64,000 nt of DNA, taken from the NCBI GenBank assembly GCA_040766645.1, contig JAXGQA010000002.1:37424-101423 (forward strand). The letters run 5' to 3'. Position 1 is the first letter of the stretch. Each line of letters opens with the position of its first letter. Below the pieces are notes generated by a model. That model had not been told where the DNA came from. It worked only from the letters and a program-made list of their open reading frames with translations, and did not search any database. The DNA is from Christensenellales bacterium. GTDB taxonomy: Bacteria > Bacillota > Clostridia > Christensenellales > UBA1431. Positions 61,005 through 64,000 of the stretch are shown piece after piece. Made by a program: the position numbers and the translations under genes.

Positions 61005-63239
61005 GTGGACGCCGTTATCGCGCGGGTGATGGTGGACATTGCCCATACGAATGTGGACAGGACGTTTGATTACCGCATCCCGCCCCATCTTGTACAGGAT
61101 GTTGTGCCGGGGATGCGGGTTTTTGTGCCTTTCGGGCCCCAAAACAGGCGGACGGAGGCGTTCGTGCTGGAGGTCGGGACGGGGTCGGAGGTCGCTGAAG
61201 ACAGGCTGAAGGACGTGCTGTGCCGTATAGACCCTTACCCCGCGCTCTGGCCGGACCAGATCGCGCTGGCGCGGTCCATGGCCGCGCGCTACGGCTGCCT
61301 GCTGGTGGACGCGCTGCGGCTGATGCTGCCCGCGCCGCTGCGGGGCCGGGCGGTGGAGGGGCGCGAACACGTCACCGCCCGCGTGGCCGGGGGCGTAGAC
61401 GCCGCTGAGACCGCCAGGCTTTTGGAGAAGCGCGCGCCGGTGCAGGCCCGCGTGCTCACGCTCCTGTCCGAGGCCGGGCGGATGGGCCTTTCCGATATCG
61501 AAAGCGCTATAAAGGGCGGTACTGCTGCCGTCCGCGCGCTGGAGAAAAAGGGTCTGGTGCAAAAAGAGAGCGTGCGCGCCCTGCGCAGGCCCTATGCCGA
61601 CCTGGATGCGGACGTCCGCCCGCGTCCGGCGCTCAACGCGGGGCAGGCGCGCGCCGCCGGGGCGATAACCGCCGCGGTGAACAGGGGCGGCGAATTCCTG
61701 CTGCACGGGGTCACCGGAAGCGGGAAGACCGAGGTCTACATGCGCGCCGTCGAGGCGTGCCGGGCAATGGGCCGCGGTGCGCTGGTGCTGGTGCCCGAGA
61801 TAGCGCTGACGCCGCAGATCATGGCGCAGTTTATTGCGCGGTTCGGAAAAGAGGTCGCGCTGCTGCACAGCCGCCTGTCTGAGGGCGAACGGATGGACGA
61901 GTGGGAGCGCATCGTGACCGGGCAGGCCGGCGTGGTGGTGGGCGCGCGCTCGGCGGTGTTTGCGCCTTTGCAGGACATCGGCGTCATCGTGATAGATGAG
62001 GAGCAGGAGACGAGTTATCACTCGCAGATACACCCGCGCTACCACGCGGCCGACGTCGCGCGGGAGCGCGCGGCGGCCCAGCGCGGTCATCGTTTGCTGC
62101 AGCGCTACCCCTTCGCTCGAAACGTACCACCGCGCGCTCAAGGGCGAAATGGACATACTGCGCCTGGACGGCTCGGGTGGAGGGGCGGCCCCTGCCCGAA
62201 GTGGAGGTCGTGGACATGCGCGACGAGCTTCGGAGCGGGAACCGCTCGGTGTTCAGCGCCGCGCTGCACGCCCGCATGCGGGAGGCGCTCTCGCGCGGCG
62301 AGCAGATCATGCTGTTCGTCAACCGGCGCGGGCACTCGCGCAGGTGGTCTCGCCTCAACTGCGGCAGGGCGCTCAAGTGCAGGCGGTGCGACGTCACGCT
62401 GACCTACCATAACGGCCCCGGGCGCTCTTGCCACTACTGCCGACGCCGAGTACCCCATCGAGCGCACCTGCAGGCACTGCGGCGGCACGTTCTTCCGCTA
62501 TCAGGGCGTGGGGACGCAGAAGGTGGAGCGGCAGATGCAGGCGCTGTTCCCCGACGTTCCCGTGCTGCGCATGGACCTCAACACCATGCAGAAAAAGGAC
62601 GCGCACGTAAAGGCCCAGCAGGACTTCATGCAGGGCCGCGGGTTCTCATCGGCACGCAAATGATTGCCAAGGGGTTGGACTTCAAAAACGTGGGGCTGGT
62701 AGGCGTGGTTGCGGCGGACGCGACGCTGCTGCTGCCCGGATTACCCGGAGCGCCAGAGCGCACCTTCCAGCTTATCACGCAGGTGGCCGGACGCGCGGGC
62801 CGGGGTGACGTCCCGGCCGGGTGGTGGTGCAGACCTACAATCCTGACCACACCCGGCCATACGCTTCGCCGCCGCGCAGGATTACGAACGGTTCTACGCG
62901 CACGAGATCGCCGCGCGCGAAGCCTGCCTGTCACCGCCGTTCGGGACGTTCGCGCGCTATCTGGTGACCGGCGCGTCCCGGAAGAGGTCGGGCCGGCGCG
63001 TCCGCCCTGTACGCGGCGGTGAAAGGGCTTACGCTCCGGATAACGCCGTGAAGCGCGCTGCTTCTGCGCGCGTCCCCGCCCATCGAAGCGCATACGCGGC
63101 CACTGGCGCTACGAGATCGTCGAAGTTCCGAGCCGAGGACATGGACGCCGTCCTGCCCGCCTTGTGGGACGTGGCGCGCGGCGCAAGGGGCGCCGGCTGC
63201 CGGTTCGATTTGGAGATAAAACCGGAAAACATGATATAA
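61005..63239 (+). pseudogene. priA: Primosomal protein N' (replication restart helicase PriA), multiple frameshifts in the C-terminal half as assembled
   Basis: VDIAHTNVDRTFDYRIP ... LLHGVTGSGKTEVY ... ALVLVPEIALTPQ ... VIDEEQETSY, intact to ~62090. Then pieces in other frames: zinc-binding CRRCDVTLTYH / HYC, ALFPDVPVLRMD, LIGTQMIAKGLDFKNVGLVGVV, ITQVAGRAGR. The start and end frames are identical. Confidence 0.9.
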
Positions 63240-63333
63240 CGAGGCGGGCACAGCCTCCAGGAAATTTTTGAAGTCAAAAAATCCTGCGGATGCGTTATAA
63301 TGAAAATACATGGACGAAAGGAAAGGATTGCTA

Positions 63334-63798
63334 ATGGCGATACGCAACATTCTGACAGATGACGACCCCATGCTGCGCAAGAAGGCGCGGGTGGTGGAAA
63401 GGATAGACCGGCGCCTGCTGGTACTGATAGACGACATGGTCGAGACCATGAAAAAGGCGGACGGCGTTGGGCTGGCGGCGCCGCAGGTCGGGATCCTGAA
63501 AAGGGTGGTGGTGATAGATACGGGGGAGAGCGTCGTCGAGATGATAAACCCTGAGATCATAGAGACCGAGGGCGAGATAACGGGCACCGAGGCCTGCCTG
63601 AGCCTGCCCGGGCAGGTGGGCATGGTTCCGCGGCCCGCCCGCGTGCGCGCGCGGTATCTCGACCGGACAGGCAAGGAGATGGAGATAGAGGGGGAGGATC
63701 TGCTCGCCCGGGCCATCTGCCATGAAACGGACCATCTGAACGGCGTGCTCTTCATCGACCGCGCCGTGGAGATGCTCGAACCGGAGGATGAGGATTGA
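63334..63798 (+). CDS. def: Peptide deformylase
   Basis: [10 protein letters not shown] ... EACLSLPG ... HETDHLNG (the three PDF motifs). Confidence 0.95.
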   Translation: MAIRNILTDDDPMLRKKARVVERIDRRLLVLIDDMVETMKKADGVGLAAPQVGILKRVVVIDTGESVVEMINPEIIETEGEITGTEACLSLPGQVGMVPRPARVRARYLDRTGKEMEIEGEDLLARAICHETDHLNGVLFIDRAVEMLEPEDED

Positions 63799-63815
63799 AC
63801 AAAGGAGGCCGCGCC

Positions 63816-64000
63816 ATGCGCATCTGCTTTATGGGCACGCCCGATTTCGGCGTTGCGTCGCTTATGCGGCTGATAAAGGACGGCCGGGACGTCGTGGCCG
63901 TCGTGACCCAGCCCGACCGCCCGGCCGGGCGCGGGAAGAAGCTCATGCCCCCGCCGGTGAAGGCCTGCGCGCTGGAGCACGGCCTGCGTGTCCTGCAGTT
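63816..64000 (+). CDS. fmt: Methionyl-tRNA formyltransferase, 3' end outside window
   Basis: RBS aaaggagg + ATG at 63816: [49 protein letters not shown]. Confidence 0.9.
   Translation, partial: MRICFMGTPDFGVASLMRLIKDGRDVVAVVTQPDRPAGRGKKLMPPPVKACALEHGLRVLQ

Overview
GC-rich chromosomal segment from a spore-forming, Clostridia-type Firmicute. Supporting evidence is a perfect CIRCE operator at groES-groEL, sporulation-type genes (YaaH/SleL-like, PdaB-like, SPOR-like), an LPXTG surface protein, and the Bacillus-like gene order yicC-remA-gmk-rpoZ-coaBC-priA-def-fmt. I can support about 62 protein genes, one tRNA-Glu, one c-di-GMP-I riboswitch, several promoters, operators and terminators, and two coding tandem-repeat arrays.

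The left ~30 kb is accessory. It holds an FN3/CHAP wall hydrolase, a MacAB/YknXYZ-like efflux operon with its two-component system, amt, and a TetR unit. It also holds a translationally coupled DUF2971-sORF-HD-ThpR cluster, a riboswitch-controlled ~4.8 kb vWA/LPXTG adhesin, two DeoC paralogues and SDRs.

The right half is mostly core. It holds lgt, putP, groESL, comEB, a hydrogenase-linked sensory/regulatory cluster followed by NuoE/NuoF-type (HydC/HydB-like) genes, gyrB-gyrA, tenA, pcrA-ligA and the priA-def-fmt block.

Main caveat: about 17 genes are interrupted by 1-nt indels, including the essential genes gyrB, gyrA, ligA and priA. In every case I could resolve, the indel is a deletion in a homopolymer run. 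I read this as assembly or sequencing noise, not gene decay, and report those loci as full-length genes typed pseudogene, meaning frameshifted as assembled.

No CRISPR array, transposase, integrase or prophage module was seen. The most interesting candidates are:
- the c-di-GMP riboswitch plus adhesin unit;
- the DRTGG/HATPase/[FeFe]-hydrogenase-like/DRTGG/PHP sensory module, which has no catalytic HydA nearby;
- the overlapping DUF2971-sORF-HD-2H phosphoesterase operon.
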